Below are positions 15,001 to 30,000 of a DNA stretch of 64,000 bases, piece by piece. A program made the translations under genes and the position numbers. Source of the DNA: Eledone cirrhosa (lineage: Eukaryota); the NCBI GenBank assembly GCA_964016885.1, contig OZ024740.1, positions 419,306,001 to 419,370,000 of the forward strand, in the 5' to 3' direction. How positions within the stretch are numbered: position 1 is the first letter of the stretch; each line of letters starts with the position of its first letter. The notes beneath the pieces are model-generated. The model was not told where the DNA came from. It searched no databases and saw nothing but the letters and a program-made list of their open reading frames with translations.

Positions 15001-18000
15001 AGTGCTAGTGCCACTACAAACAGTACCCTGTCCACCTTGTATGGTGGTAGTGCTAGTGCCACTACAAACAGTACCCTGTCTACCTTGTATGGAGGTAGTG
15101 CTAGTGCCATTACAAACAGTACCCTGTCCACCTTGTATGGTGGTAGTGCTAGTGCCACTACAAACAGTACCCTGTCTACCTTGTATGGAGGTAGTGCTAG
15201 TGCCATTACAAACAGTACCCTGTCCACCTTGTATGGTGGTAGTGCTAGTGCCATTACAAACAGTACCCTGTCCACCTTGTATGGTGGTAGTGCTAGTGCC
15301 ACTACAAACAGTACCCTGTCCACCTTGTATGGTGGTAGTGCTGGTGCCACTACAAACAGTACCATGTCTACCTTGTATGGAGGTAGTGCTAGTGCCACTA
15401 CAAACAGTACCCTGTCCACCTTGTATGGAGGTAGTGCTAGTGCCATTACAAACAGTACCCTGTCCACCTTGTATGGTGGTAGTGCTGGTGCCACTACAAA
15501 CAGTACCATGTCTACCTTGTATGGAGGTAGTGCTAGTGCCACTACAAACAGTACCCTGTCCACCTTGTATGGAGGTAGTGCTAGTGCCATTACAAACAGT
15601 ACCCTGTCCACCTTGTATGGTGGTAGTGCTGGTGCCACTACAAACAGTACCATGTCTACCTTGTATGGAGGTAGTGCTAGTGCCACTACAAACAGTACCC
15701 TGTCCACCTTGTATGGAGGTAGTGTGGTGCCACTACAAACAGTACCCTGTCCACCTTGTATGGAGGTAGTGCTGGTGCAATTACAAACAGTACCATGTCC
15801 ACCTTGTATGGAGGTAGTGCTAGTGCCATTACAAACAGTACCCTGTCCACCTTGTATGGAGGTAGTGCTAATTCCACTACAAACAGTACCCTGTCCACCT
15901 TGTATGGAGGTAGTGTTAGTGCCACTACAAACAGTACCCTGTCTACCTTGTATGGAAGTAGTGTGGTGCCAATACAAACAGTACCCTGTCCACCTTGTAT
16001 GGTGGTAGTGCTAGTAATACTACAAACAGTACCCTGTCTACCTTGTATGGAGGTAGTGTTAGTGTCATTACAAACAGTACCCTGTCCACATTGTATGGAG
16101 GTAGTGCTAGTGCCATTACAAACAGTACCCTGTCTACCTTGTATGGAGGTAGTGCTAGTGCCACTACAAACAGTACCCTGTCCACCTTGTATGGTGGTAG
16201 TGCTGGTCCCATTACAAACAGTACCCTGTCCACCTTGTATGGTGGTAGTGCTAGTGCCATTACAAACAGTACCCTGTCCACCTTGTATGGTGGTAGTGCT
16301 AGTGCCACTACAAACAGTACCCTGTCCACCTTGTATGGAGGTAGTGCTAGTGCCATTACAAACAGTACCCTGTCCACTTTGTATGGAGGAAGTGTGGTGC
16401 CACTACAAACAGTACCCTGTCCACCTTGTATGGTGGTAGTGCTGGTCCCATTACAAACAGTACCCTGTCCACCTTGTATGGAGGTAGTGCTGGTGCCACT
16501 ACAAACAGTACCCTGTCTACCTTGTATGGTGGTAGTGCTAGTGCCACTACAAACAGTACCCTGTCTACCTTGTATGGAGGTAGTGCTAGTGCCACTACAA
16601 ACAGTACCCTGTCCACCTTGTATGGTGGTAGTGCTAGTGCCACTACAAACAGTACCCTGTCCACCTTGTATGGTGGTAGTGCTGGTGCCACTACAAACAG
16701 TACCATGTCTACCTTGTATGGAGGTAGTGCTAGTGCCACTACAAACAGTACCCTGCCCACCTTGTATGGAGGTAGTGCTAGTGCCACTACAAACAGTACC
16801 CTGTCCACCTTGTATGGAGGTAGTGCTAGTGCCATTACAAACAGTACCCTGTCCACCTTGTATGGAGGTAGTGCTGGTGCCACTACAAACAGTACCCTGT
16901 CTACCTTGTATGGTGGTAGTGCTAGTGCCACTACAAACAGTACCCTGTCCACCTTGTATGGAGGTAGTGCTAGTGCCACTACAAACAGTACCCTGTCTAC
17001 CTTGTATGGTGGTAGTGCTGGTGCCACTACAAACAGTACCCTGTCTACCTTGTATGGAGGTAGTGTTAGTGCCATTACAAACAGTACCCTGTCCACCTTG
17101 TATGGAGGTAGTGCTGGTGCCACTACAAACAGTACCCTGTCTACCTTGTATGGTGGTAGTGCTGGTGCCACTACAAACAGTACCCTGTCCACCTTGTATG
17201 GAGGTAGTGCTAGTGCCACTACAAACAGTACCCTGTCTACCTTGTATGGTGGTAGTGCTGGTGCCACTACAAACAGTACCCTGTCTACCTTGTATGGAGG
17301 TAGTGTTAGTGCCATTACAAACAGTACCCTGTCCACCTTGTATGGAGGTAGTGCTGGTGCCACTACAAACAGTACCCTGTCCACCTTGTATGGTGGTAGT
17401 GCTAGTGCCACTACAAACAGTATCCTGTCCACCTTGTATGGAGGTAGTGCTGGTGCCACTACAAACAGTACCCTGTCTACCTTGTATGGTGGTAGTGCTG
17501 GTGCCACTACAAACAGTACCCTGTCTACCTTGTATGGAGGTAGTGTTAGTGCCATTACAAACAGTACCCTGTCCACCTTGTATGGAGGTAGTACTAGTGC
17601 CACTACAAACAGTACCCTGTCCACCTTGTATGGTGGTAGTGCTAGTGCCATTACAAATAGTACCCTGTCCACCTTGTATGGTGGTAGTGCTAGTGCCACT
17701 ACAAACAGTACCCTGTCCACCTTGTATGGAGGTAGTGCTGGTGCCATTACAAACAGTACCCTGTCCACCTTGTATGGTGGTAGTGCTAGTGCCATTACAA
17801 ATAGTACCCTGTCCACCTTGTATGGTGGTAGTGCTAGTGCCACTACAAACAGTACCCTGTCCACCTTGTATGGAGGTAGTGCTGGTGCCATTACAAACAG
17901 TACCCTGTCCACCTTGTATGGAGGTAGTGCTAGTGCCACTACAAACAGTACCCTGTCCACCTTGTATGGTGGTAGTGCTAGTGCCATTACAAACAGTACC

Positions 18001-21000
18001 CTGTCCACCTTGTATGGAGGTAGTGCTAGTGCCATTACAAACAGTACCCTGTCCACCTTGTATGGAGGTAGTGCTGGTGCCATTACAAACAGTACCCTGT
18101 CCACCTTGTATGGTGGTAGTGCTAGTGCCATTACAAACAGTACCCTGTCCACCTTGTATGGTGGTAGTGCTGGTGCCACTACAAACAGTACCCTGTCCAC
18201 CTTGTATGGTGGTAGTGCTAGTGCCATTACAAACAGTACCCTGTCCACCTTGTATGGAGGTAGTGCTGGTGCCATTACAAACAGTACCCTGTCCACCTTG
18301 TATGGTGGTAGTGCTAGTGCCATTACAAACAGTACCCTGTCCACCTTGTATGGTGGTAGTGCTAGTGCCATTACAAACAGTACCCTGTCCACCTTGTATG
18401 GAGGTAGTGCTGGTGCCATTACAAACAGTACCCTGTCCACCTTGTATGGTGGTAGTGCTAGTGCCATTACAAACAGTACCCTGTCCACCTTGTATGGAGG
18501 TAGTGCTGGTGCCATTACAAACAGTACCCTGTCCACCTTGTATGGTGGTAGTGCTAGTGCCATTACAAACAGTACCCTGTCCACCTTGTATGGTGGTAGT
18601 GCTAGTGCCATTACAAACAGTACCCTGTCCACCTTGTATGGAGGTAGTGCTGGTGCCATTACAAACAGTACCCTGTCCACCTTGTATGGTGGTAGTGCTA
18701 GTGCCATTACAAACAGTACCCTGTCCACCTTGTATGGAGGTAGTGCTAGTGCCACTACAAACAGTACCCTGTCCACCTTGTATGGTGGTAGTGCTAGTGC
18801 CATTACAAACAGTACCCTGTCCACCTTGTATGGAGGTAGTGCTAGTGCCACTACAAACAGTACCCTGTCCACCTTGTATGGTGGTAGTGCTAGTGCCATT
18901 ACAAACAGTACCCTGTCCACCTTGTATGGTGGTAGTGCTAGTGCCCTTACAAACAGTACCCTGTCCACCTTGTATGGAGGTAGTGCTGGTGCCATTACAA
19001 ACAGTACCCTGTCCACCTTGTATGGTGGTAGTGCTAGTGCCATTACAAACAGTACCCTGTCCACCTTGTATGGAGGTAGTGCTGGTTACATTACAAACAG
19101 TACCCTGTCCACCTTGTATGGTGGTAGTGCTAGTGCCATTACAAACAGTACCCTGTCCACCTTGTATGGAGGTAGTGCTAGTGCCACTACAAACAGTACC
19201 CTGTCCACCTTGTATGGTGGTAGTGCTAGTGCCACTACAAACAGTACCCTGTCTACCTTGTATGGAGGTAGTGCTAGTGCCATTACAAACAGTACCCTGT
19301 CCACCTTGTATGGTGGTAGTGCTAGTGCCATTACAAACAGTACCCTGTCCACCTTGTATGGTGGTAGTGCTAGTGCCACTACAAACAGCACCCTGTCCAC
19401 CTTGTATGGTGGTAGTGCTGGTGCCACTACAAACAGTACCATGTCTACCTTGTATGGAGGTAGTGCTAGTGCCACTACAAACAGTACCCTGTCCACCTTG
19501 TATGGTGGTAGTGCTAGTGCCATTACAAACAGTACCCTGTCCACCTTGTATGGAGGTAGTGCTGGTGCCATTACAAACAGTACCCTGTCCACCTTGTATG
19601 GTGGTAGTGCTAGTGCCATTACAAACAGTACCCTGTCCACCTTGTATGGAGGTAGTGCTAGTGCCACTACAAACAGTACCCTGTCCACCTTGTATGGTGG
19701 TAGTGCTAGTGCCACTACAAACAGTACCCTGTCTACCTTGTATGGAGGTAGTGCTAGTGCCATTACAAACAGTACCCTGTCCACCTTGTATGGTGGTAGT
19801 GCTAGTGCCATTACAAACAGTACCCTGTCCACCTTGTATGGTGGTAGTGCTAGTGCCACTACAAACAGTACCCTGTCCACCTTGTATGGTGGTAGTGCTG
19901 GTGCCACTACAAACAGTACCATGTCTACCTTGTATGGAGGTAGTGCTAGTGCCACTACAAACAGTACCCTGTCCACCTTGTATGGAGGTAGTGCTAGTGC
20001 CATTACAAACAGTACCCTGTCCACCTTGTATGGTGGTAGTGCTGGTGCCACTACAAACAGTACCATGTCTACCTTGTATGGAGGTAGTGCTAGTGCCACT
20101 ACAAACAGTACCCTGTCCACCTTGTATGGAGGTAGTGCTAGTGCCATTACAAACAGTACCCTGTCCACCTTGTATGGTGGTAGTGCTGGTGCCACTACAA
20201 ACAGTACCATGTCTACCTTGTATGGAGGTAGTGCTAGTGCCACTACAAACAGTACCCTGTCCACCTTGTATGGAGGTAGTGTGGTGCCACTACAAACAGT
20301 ACCCTGTCCACCTTGTATGGAGGTAGTGCTGGTGCAATTACAAACAGTACCATGTCCACCTTGTATGGAGGTAGTGCTAGTGCCATTACAAACAGTACCC
20401 TGTCCACCTTGTATGGAGGTAGTGCTAATTCCACTACAAACAGTACCCTGTCCACCTTGTATGGAGGTAGTGTTAGTGCCACTACAAACAGTACCCTGTC
20501 TACCTTGTATGGAAGTAGTGTGGTGCCAATACAAACAGTACCCTGTCCACCTTGTATGGTGGTAGTGCTAGTAATACTACAAACAGTACCCTGTCTACCT
20601 TGTATGGAGGTAGTGTTAGTGTCATTACAAACAGTACCCTGTCCACATTGTATGGAGGTAGTGCTAGTGCCATTACAAACAGTACCCTGTCTACCTTGAA
20701 TGGAGGTAGTGCTAGTGCCACTACAAACAGTACCCTGTCCACCTTGTATGGTGGTAGTGCTGGTCCCATTACAAACAGTACCCTGTCCACCTTGTATGGT
20801 GGTAGTGCTAGTGCCATTACAAACAGTACCCTGTCCACCTTGTATGGTGGTAGTGCTAGTGCCACTACAAACAGTACCCTGTCCACCTTGTATGGAGGTA
20901 GTGCTAGTGCCATTACAAACAGTACCCTGTCCACTTTGTATGGAGGAAGTGTGGTGCCACTACAAACAGTACCCTGTCCACCTTGTATGGTGGTAGTGCT

Positions 21001-24000
21001 GGTCCCATTACAAACAGTACCCTGTCCACCTTGTATGGAGGTAGTGCTGGTGCCACTACAAACAGTACCCTGTCTACCTTGTATGGTGGTAGTGCTAGTG
21101 CCACTACAAACAGTACCCTGTCTACCTTGTATGGAGGTAGTGCTAGTGCCACTACAAACAGTACCCTGTCCACCTTGTATGGTGGTAGTGCTAGTGCCAC
21201 TACAAACAGTACCCTGTCCACCTTGTATGGTGGTAGTGCTGGTGCCACTACAAACAGTACCATGTCTACCTTGTATGGAGGTAGTGCTAGTGCCACTACA
21301 AACAGTACCCTGCCCACCTTGTATGGAGGTAGTGCTAGTGCCACTACAAACAGTACCCTGTCCACCTTGTATGGAGGTAGTGCTAGTGCCATTACAAACA
21401 GTACCCTGTCCACCTTGTATGGAGGTAGTGCTGGTGCCACTACAAACAGTACCCTGTCTACCTTGTATGGTGGTAGTGCTAGTGCCACTACAAACAGTAC
21501 CCTGTCCACCTTGTATGGAGGTAGTGCTAGTGCCACTACAAACAGTACCCTGTCTACCTTGTATGGTGGTAGTGCTGGTGCCACTACAAACAGTACCCTG
21601 TCTACCTTGTATGGAGGTAGTGTTAGTGCCATTACAAACAGTACCCTGTCCACCTTGTATGGAGGTAGTGCTGGTGCCACTACAAACAGTACCCTGTCTA
21701 CCTTGTATGGTGGTAGTGCTGGTGCCACTACAAACAGTACCCTGTCCACCTTGTATGGAGGTAGTGCTAGTGCCACTACAAACAGTACCCTGTCTACCTT
21801 GTATGGTGGTAGTGCTGGTGCCACTACAAACAGTACCCTGTCTACCTTGTATGGAGGTAGTGTTAGTGCCATTACAAACAGTACCCTGTCCACCTTGTAT
21901 GGAGGTAGTGCTGGTGCCACTACAAACAGTACCCTGTCCACCTTGTATGGTGGTAGTGCTAGTGCCACTACAAACAGTATCCTGTCCACCTTGTATGGAG
22001 GTAGTGCTGGTGCCACTACAAACAGTACCCTGTCTACCTTGTATGGTGGTAGTGCTGGTGCCACTACAAACAGTACCCTGTCTACCTTGTATGGAGGTAG
22101 TGTTAGTGCCATTACAAACAGTACCCTGTCCACCTTGTATGGAGGTAGTACTAGTGCCACTACAAACAGTACCCTGTCCACCTTGTATGGTGGTAGTGCT
22201 AGTGCCATTACAAATAGTACCCTGTCCACCTTGTATGGTGGTAGTGCTAGTGCCACTACAAACAGTACCCTGTCCACCTTGTATGGAGGTAGTGCTGGTG
22301 CCATTACAAACAGTACCCTGTCCACCTTGTATGGTGGTAGTGCTAGTGCCATTACAAATAGTACCCTGTCCACCTTGTATGGTGGTAGTGCTAGTGCCAC
22401 TACAAACAGTACCCTGTCCACCTTGTATGGAGGTAGTGCTGGTGCCATTACAAACAGTACCCTGTCCACCTTGTATGGAGGTAGTGCTAGTGCCACTACA
22501 AACAGTACCCTGTCCACCTTGTATGGTGGTAGTGCTAGTGCCATTACAAACAGTACCCTGTCCACCTTGTATGGAGGTAGTGCTAGTGCCATTACAAACA
22601 GTACCCTGTCCACCTTGTATGGAGGTAGTGCTGGTGCCATTACAAACAGTACCCTGTCCACCTTGTATGGTGGTAGTGCTAGTGCCATTACAAACAGTAC
22701 CCTGTCCACCTTGTATGGTGGTAGTGCTGGTGCCACTACAAACAGTACCCTGTCCACCTTGTATGGTGGTAGTGCTAGTGCCATTACAAACAGTACCCTG
22801 TCCACCTTGTATGGAGGTAGTGCTGGTGCCATTACAAACAGTACCCTGTCCACCTTGTATGGTGGTAGTGCTAGTGCCATTACAAACAGTACCCTGTCCA
22901 CCTTGTATGGTGGTAGTGCTAGTGCCATTACAAACAGTACCCTGTCCACCTTGTATGGAGGTAGTGCTGGTGCCATTACAAACAGTACCCTGTCCACCTT
23001 GTATGGTGGTAGTGCTAGTGCCATTACAAACAGTACCCTGTCCACCTTGTATGGAGGTAGTGCTGGTGCCATTACAAACAGTACCCTGTCCACCTTGTAT
23101 GGTGGTAGTGCTAGTGCCATTACAAACAGTACCCTGTCCACCTTGTATGGTGGTAGTGCTAGTGCCATTACAAACAGTACCCTGTCCACCTTGTATGGAG
23201 GTAGTGCTGGTGCCATTACAAACAGTACCCTGTCCACCTTGTATGGTGGTAGTGCTAGTGCCATTACAAACAGTACCCTGTCCACCTTGTATGGAGGTAG
23301 TGCTAGTGCCACTACAAACAGTACCCTGTCCACCTTGTATGGTGGTAGTGCTAGTGCCATTACAAACAGTACCCTGTCCACCTTGTATGGAGGTAGTGCT
23401 AGTGCCACTACAAACAGTACCCTGTCCACCTTGTATGGTGGTAGTGCTAGTGCCATTACAAACAGTACCCTGTCCACCTTGTATGGTGGTAGTGCTAGTG
23501 CCCTTACAAACAGTACCCTGTCCACCTTGTATGGAGGTAGTGCTGGTGCCATTACAAACAGTACCCTGTCCACCTTGTATGGTGGTAGTGCTAGTGCCAT
23601 TACAAACAGTACCCTGTCCACCTTGTATGGAGGTAGTGCTGGTTACATTACAAACAGTACCCTGTCCACCTTGTATGGTGGTAGTGCTAGTGCCATTACA
23701 AACAGTACCCTGTCCACCTTGTATGGAGGTAGTGCTAGTGCCACTACAAACAGTACCCTGTCCACCTTGTATGGTGGTAGTGCTAGTGCCACTACAAACA
23801 GTACCCTGTCTACCTTGTATGGAGGTAGTGCTAGTGCCATTACAAACAGTACCCTGTCCACCTTGTATGGTGGTAGTGCTAGTGCCATTACAAACAGTAC
23901 CCTGTCCACCTTGTATGGTGGTAGTGCTAGTGCCACTACAAACAGCACCCTGTCCACCTTGTATGGTGGTAGTGCTGGTGCCACTACAAACAGTACCATG

Positions 24001-27000
24001 TCTACCTTGTATGGAGGTAGTGCTAGTGCCACTACAAACAGTACCCTGTCCACCTTGTATGGTGGTAGTGCTAGTGCCATTACAAACAGTACCCTGTCCA
24101 CCTTGTATGGAGGTAGTGCTGGTGCCATTACAAACAGTACCCTGTCCACCTTGTATGGTGGTAGTGCTAGTGCCATTACAAACAGTACCCTGTCCACCTT
24201 GTATGGAGGTAGTGCTAGTGCCACTACAAACAGTACCCTGTCCACCTTGTATGGTGGTAGTGCTAGTGCCACTACAAACAGTACCCTGTCTACCTTGTAT
24301 GGAGGTAGTGCTAGTGCCATTACAAACAGTACCCTGTCCACCTTGTATGGTGGTAGTGCTAGTGCCATTACAAACAGTACCCTGTCCACCTTGTATGGTG
24401 GTAGTGCTAGTGCCACTACAAACAGTACCCTGTCCACCTTGTATGGTGGTAGTGCTGGTGCCACTACAAACAGTACCATGTCTACCTTGTATGGAGGTAG
24501 TGCTAGTGCCACTACAAACAGTACCCTGTCCACCTTGTATGGAGGTAGTGCTAGTGCCATTACAAACAGTACCCTGTCCACCTTGTATGGTGGTAGTGCT
24601 GGTGCCACTACAAACAGTACCATGTCTACCTTGTATGGAGGTAGTGCTAGTGCCACTACAAACAGTACCCTGTCCACCTTGTATGGAGGTAGTGCTAGTG
24701 CCATTACAAACAGTACCCTGTCCACCTTGTATGGTGGTAGTGCTGGTGCCACTACAAACAGTACCATGTCTACCTTGTATGGAGGTAGTGCTAGTGCCAC
24801 TACAAACAGTACCCTGTCCACCTTGTATGGAGGTAGTGTGGTGCCACTACAAACAGTACCCTGTCCACCTTGTATGGAGGTAGTGCTGGTGCAATTACAA
24901 ACAGTACCATGTCCACCTTGTATGGAGGTAGTGCTAGTGCCATTACAAACAGTACCCTGTCCACCTTGTATGGAGGTAGTGCTAATTCCACTACAAACAG
25001 TACCCTGTCCACCTTGTATGGAGGTAGTGTTAGTGCCACTACAAACAGTACCCTGTCTACCTTGTATGGAAGTAGTGTGGTGCCAATACAAACAGTACCC
25101 TGTCCACCTTGTATGGTGGTAGTGCTAGTAATACTACAAACAGTACCCTGTCTACCTTGTATGGAGGTAGTGTTAGTGTCATTACAAACAGTACCCTGTC
25201 CACATTGTATGGAGGTAGTGCTAGTGCCATTACAAACAGTACCCTGTCTACCTTGTATGGAGGTAGTGCTAGTGCCACTACAAACAGTACCCTGTCCACC
25301 TTGTATGGTGGTAGTGCTGGTCCCATTACAAACAGTACCCTGTCCACCTTGTATGGTGGTAGTGCTAGTGCCATTACAAACAGTACCCTGTCCACCTTGT
25401 ATGGTGGTAGTGCTAGTGCCACTACAAACAGTACCCTGTCCACCTTGTATGGAGGTAGTGCTAGTGCCATTACAAACAGTACCCTGTCCACTTTGTATGG
25501 AGGAAGTGTGGTGCCACTACAAACAGTACCCTGTCCACCTTGTATGGTGGTAGTGCTGGTCCCATTACAAACAGTACCCTGTCCACCTTGTATGGAGGTA
25601 GTGCTGGTGCCACTACAAACAGTACCCTGTCTACCTTGTATGGTGGTAGTGCTAGTGCCACTACAAACAGTACCCTGTCTACCTTGTATGGAGGTAGTGC
25701 TAGTGCCACTACAAACAGTACCCTGTCCACCTTGTATGGTGGTAGTGCTAGTGCCACTACAAACAGTACCCTGTCCACCTTGTATGGTGGTAGTGCTGGT
25801 GCCACTACAAACAGTACCATGTCTACCTTGTATGGAGGTAGTGCTAGTGCCACTACAAACAGTACCCTGTCCACCTTGTATGGAGGTAGTGCTAGTGCCA
25901 TTACAAACAGTACCCTGTCCACCTTGTATGGTGGTAGTGCTGGTGCCACTACAAACAGTACCATGTCTACCTTGTATGGAGGTAGTGCTAGTGCCACTAC
26001 AAACAGTACCCTGTCCACCTTGTATGGAGGTAGTGCTAGTGCCATTACAAACAGTACCCTGTCCACCTTGTATGGTGGTAGTGCTGGTGCCACTACAAAC
26101 AGTACCATGTCTACCTTGTATGGAGGTAGTGCTAGTGCCACTACAAACAGTACCCTGTCCACCTTGTATGGAGGTAGTGTGGTGCCACTACAAACAGTAC
26201 CCTGTCCACCTTGTATGGAGGTGGTGCTGGTGCAATTACAAACAGTACCATGTCCACCTTGTATGGAGGTAGTGCTAGTGCCATTACAAACAGTACCCTG
26301 TCCACCTTGTATGGAGGTAGTGCTAATTCCACTACAAACAGTACCCTGTCCACCTTGTATGGAGGTAGTGTTAGTGCCACTACAAACAGTACCCTGTCTA
26401 CCTTGTATGGAAGTAGTGTGGTGCCAATACAAACAGTACCCTGTCCACCTTGTATGGTGGTAGTGCTAGTAATACTACAAACAGTACCCTGTCTACCTTG
26501 TATGGAGGTAGTGTTAGTGTCATTACAAACAGTACCCTGTCCACATTGTATGGAGGTAGTGCTAGTGCCATTACAAACAGTACCCTGTCTACCTTGTATG
26601 GAGGTAGTGCTAGTGCCACTACAAACAGTACCCTGTCCACCTTGTATGGTGGTAGTGCTGGTCCCATTACAAACAGTACCCTGTCCACCTTGTATGGTGG
26701 TAGTGCTAGTGCCATTACAAACAGTACCCTGTCCACCTTGTATGGTGGTAGTGCTAGTGCCACTACAAACAGTACCCTGTCCACCTTGTATGGAGGTAGT
26801 GCTAGTGCCATTACAAACAGTACCCTGTCCACTTTGTATGGAGGAAGTGTGGTGCCACTACAAACAGTACCCTGTCCACCTTGTATGGTGGTAGTGCTGG
26901 TCCCATTACAAACAGTACCCTGTCCACCTTGTATGGAGGTAGTGCTGGTGCCACTACAAACAGTACCCTGTCTACCTTGTATGGTGGTAGTGCTAGTGCC

Positions 27001-30000
27001 ACTACAAACAGTACCCTGTCTACCTTGTATGGAGGTAGTGCTAGTGCCACTACAAACAGTACCCTGTCCACCTTGTATGGTGGTAGTGCTGGTGCCATTA
27101 CAAACAGTACCCTGTCCACCTTGTATGGAGGTAGTGCTAGTGCCACTACAATCAGTACCCTGTCCACCTTGTATGGAGGTAGTGCTAGTGCCACTACAAA
27201 CAGTACCCTGTCTACCTTGTATGGAGGTAGTGCTAGTGCCATTACCAACAGTACCCTGTCCACCTTGTATGGTGGTAGTGCTAGTGCCACTACAAACAGT
27301 ACCCTGTCCACCTTGTATGGAGGTAGTGCTGGTTCAATTACAAACAGTACCCTGTCTACCTTGTATGGAGGTAATGCTAGTGCCACTACAATCAGTACCC
27401 TGTCCACCTTGTATGGAGGTAGTGCTAGTGTCATTACAAACAGTACCATGTCCACCTTGTATGGAGGTAGTGCTAGTGCCACTACAAACAGTACCCTGTC
27501 TACCTTGTATGGAGGTAGTGTGGTGCCATTACAAACAGTACCCTGTCCACCTTGTATGGAGGTAGTGTGGTGCCATTACAAACAGTACCCTGTCCACCTT
27601 GTATGGTGGTAGTGTGGGGCCATTACAAACAGTACCCTGTCCACCTTGTATGGAGGTAGTGCTGGTGCCACTACAAACAGTACCCTGTCCACCTTGTATG
27701 GAGGTAGTGCTGGTGCCACTACAAACAGTACCCTGTCCACCTTGTATGGTGGTAGTGTGGTGCCACTACAAACAGTACCATGTCCACCTTGTATGGAGGT
27801 AGTGCTGGTGCCACTACAAACAGTACCCTGTCCACCTTGTATGGAGGTAGTGCTGGTGCCACTACAAACAGTACCCTGTCCACCTTGTATGGTGGTAGTG
27901 TGGTGCCACTACAAACAGTACCCTGTCCACCTTGTATGGAGGTAGTGCTAATTCCACTACAAACAGTACCCTGTCCACTTTGTATGGAGGAAGTGTGGTG
28001 CCACTACAAACAGTACCCTGCCCACCTTGTATGGTGTTAGTGCTAGTGCCACTACAAACAGTACCCTGTCTACCTTGTATGGTGGTAGTGCTAGTGCCAC
28101 TACAAACAGTACCCTGTCTACCTTGTATGGTGGTAGTGCTAGTGCCACTACAAACAGTACCCTGTCTACCTTGTATGGAGGTAGTGCTGGTGCCACTACA
28201 AACAGTACCCTGTCCACCTTGTATGGTGGTAGTGTAGTGCCATTACAAACAGTACCCTGTCCACCTTGTATGGTGGTAGTGCTGGTGCCATTACAAACAG
28301 TACCCTGTCCACCTTGTATGGAGGTAGTGCTGGTGCCACTACAAACAGTACCCTGTCTACCTTGTATGGAGGTAGTGCTAGTGCCACTACAATCAGTACC
28401 CTGTCCACCTTGTATGGAGGTAGTGCTAGTGCCACTACAAACAGTACCCTGTCTACCTTGTATGGAGGTAGTGCTAGTGCCATTACCAACAGTACCCTGT
28501 CCACCTTGTATGGTGGTAGTGCTAGTGCCACTACAAACAGTACCCTGTCTACCTTGTATGGAGGTAGTGCTAGTGCCACTACAAACAGTACCCTGTCCAC
28601 CTTGTATGGAGGTAGTGCTGGTGCTACTACAAACAGTACCATGTCCACCTTGTATGGAGGTAGTGCTGGTGCAATTACAAACAGTAGCCTGTCCACCTTG
28701 TATGGAGGTAGTGTGGTGCCATTACAAACAGTACCCTGTCCACCTTGTATGGTGGTAGTGTGGGGCCATTACAAACAGTACCCTGTCTACCTTGTATGGA
28801 GGTAGTGCTAATTCCACTACAAACAGTACCCTGTCCACCTTGTATGGAGGTAGTGTGGTGCCATTACAAACAGTACCCTGTCCACCTTGTATGGAGGTAG
28901 TGCTAATTCCACTACAAACAGTACCCTGTCCACCTTGTATGGAGGTAGTGTGGTGCCATTACAAACAGTACCCTGTCCACCTTGTATGGAGGTAGTGTGG
29001 TGCCATTACAAACAGTACCCTGTCCACCTTGTATGGAAGTAGCGTGGTGCCAATACAAACAGTACCCTGTCCACCTTGTATGGTGGTAGTGCTAGTAATA
29101 CTACAAACAGTACCCTGTCTACCTTGTATGGAGGTAGTGTTAGTGTCATTACAAACAGTACCCTGTCTACCTTGTATGGTGGTAGTGTAGTGCCATTACA
29201 AACAGTACCCTGTCTACCTTGTATGGAGGTAGTGCTAGTGCCATTACAAATAGTACCCTGTCCACCTTGTATGGAGGTAGTGCTAGTGCCACTACAAACA
29301 GTACCCTGTCCACCTTGTATGGAGGTAGTGCTGGTGCCACTACAAACAGTACCCTGTCCACCTTGTATGGAGGTAGTGCTGGTGCCACTACAAACAGTAC
29401 CCTGTCCACCTTGTATGGAGGTAGTGCTGGTGCCACTACAAACAGTACCCTGTCCACCTTGTATGGTGGTAGTGCTGGTGCCATGCCACTACAAACAGTA
29501 CCATGTCTACCTTGTATGGAGGTAGTGTTGGTGCCACTATAAACAGTACCTTGTCTACCTTGTATGGTGGCAGTGTGGTGCCACTACAAACAGTACCCTG
29601 TCTACGTTGTATGGAGGTAGTGCTAGTTCCTCTACAAACAGTACCCTGTCCACCTTGTATGGAGGTAGTGCTGGTGCCATTACAAACAGTACCCTGTCTA
29701 CCTTGTATGGAGGTAGTGCTAGTGCCACTACAAACAGTACCCTGTCTACGTTGTATGGAGGTAGTGCTAGTGCCACTATAAACAGTACCCTGTCTACCTT
29801 GTATGGTGGTAGTGCTAGTGCCACTACAAACAGTATCCTGTCCACCTTGTATGGAGGTAGTGCTAGTGCCACTACAAACAGTACCCTGTCCACCTTGTAT
29901 GGTGGTAGTGCTAGTGCCACCACAAACAGTACCCTGTCCACCTTGTATGGAGGTAGTGCTAGTGCCATTACAAACAGTACCCTGTCCACATTGTATGGAG

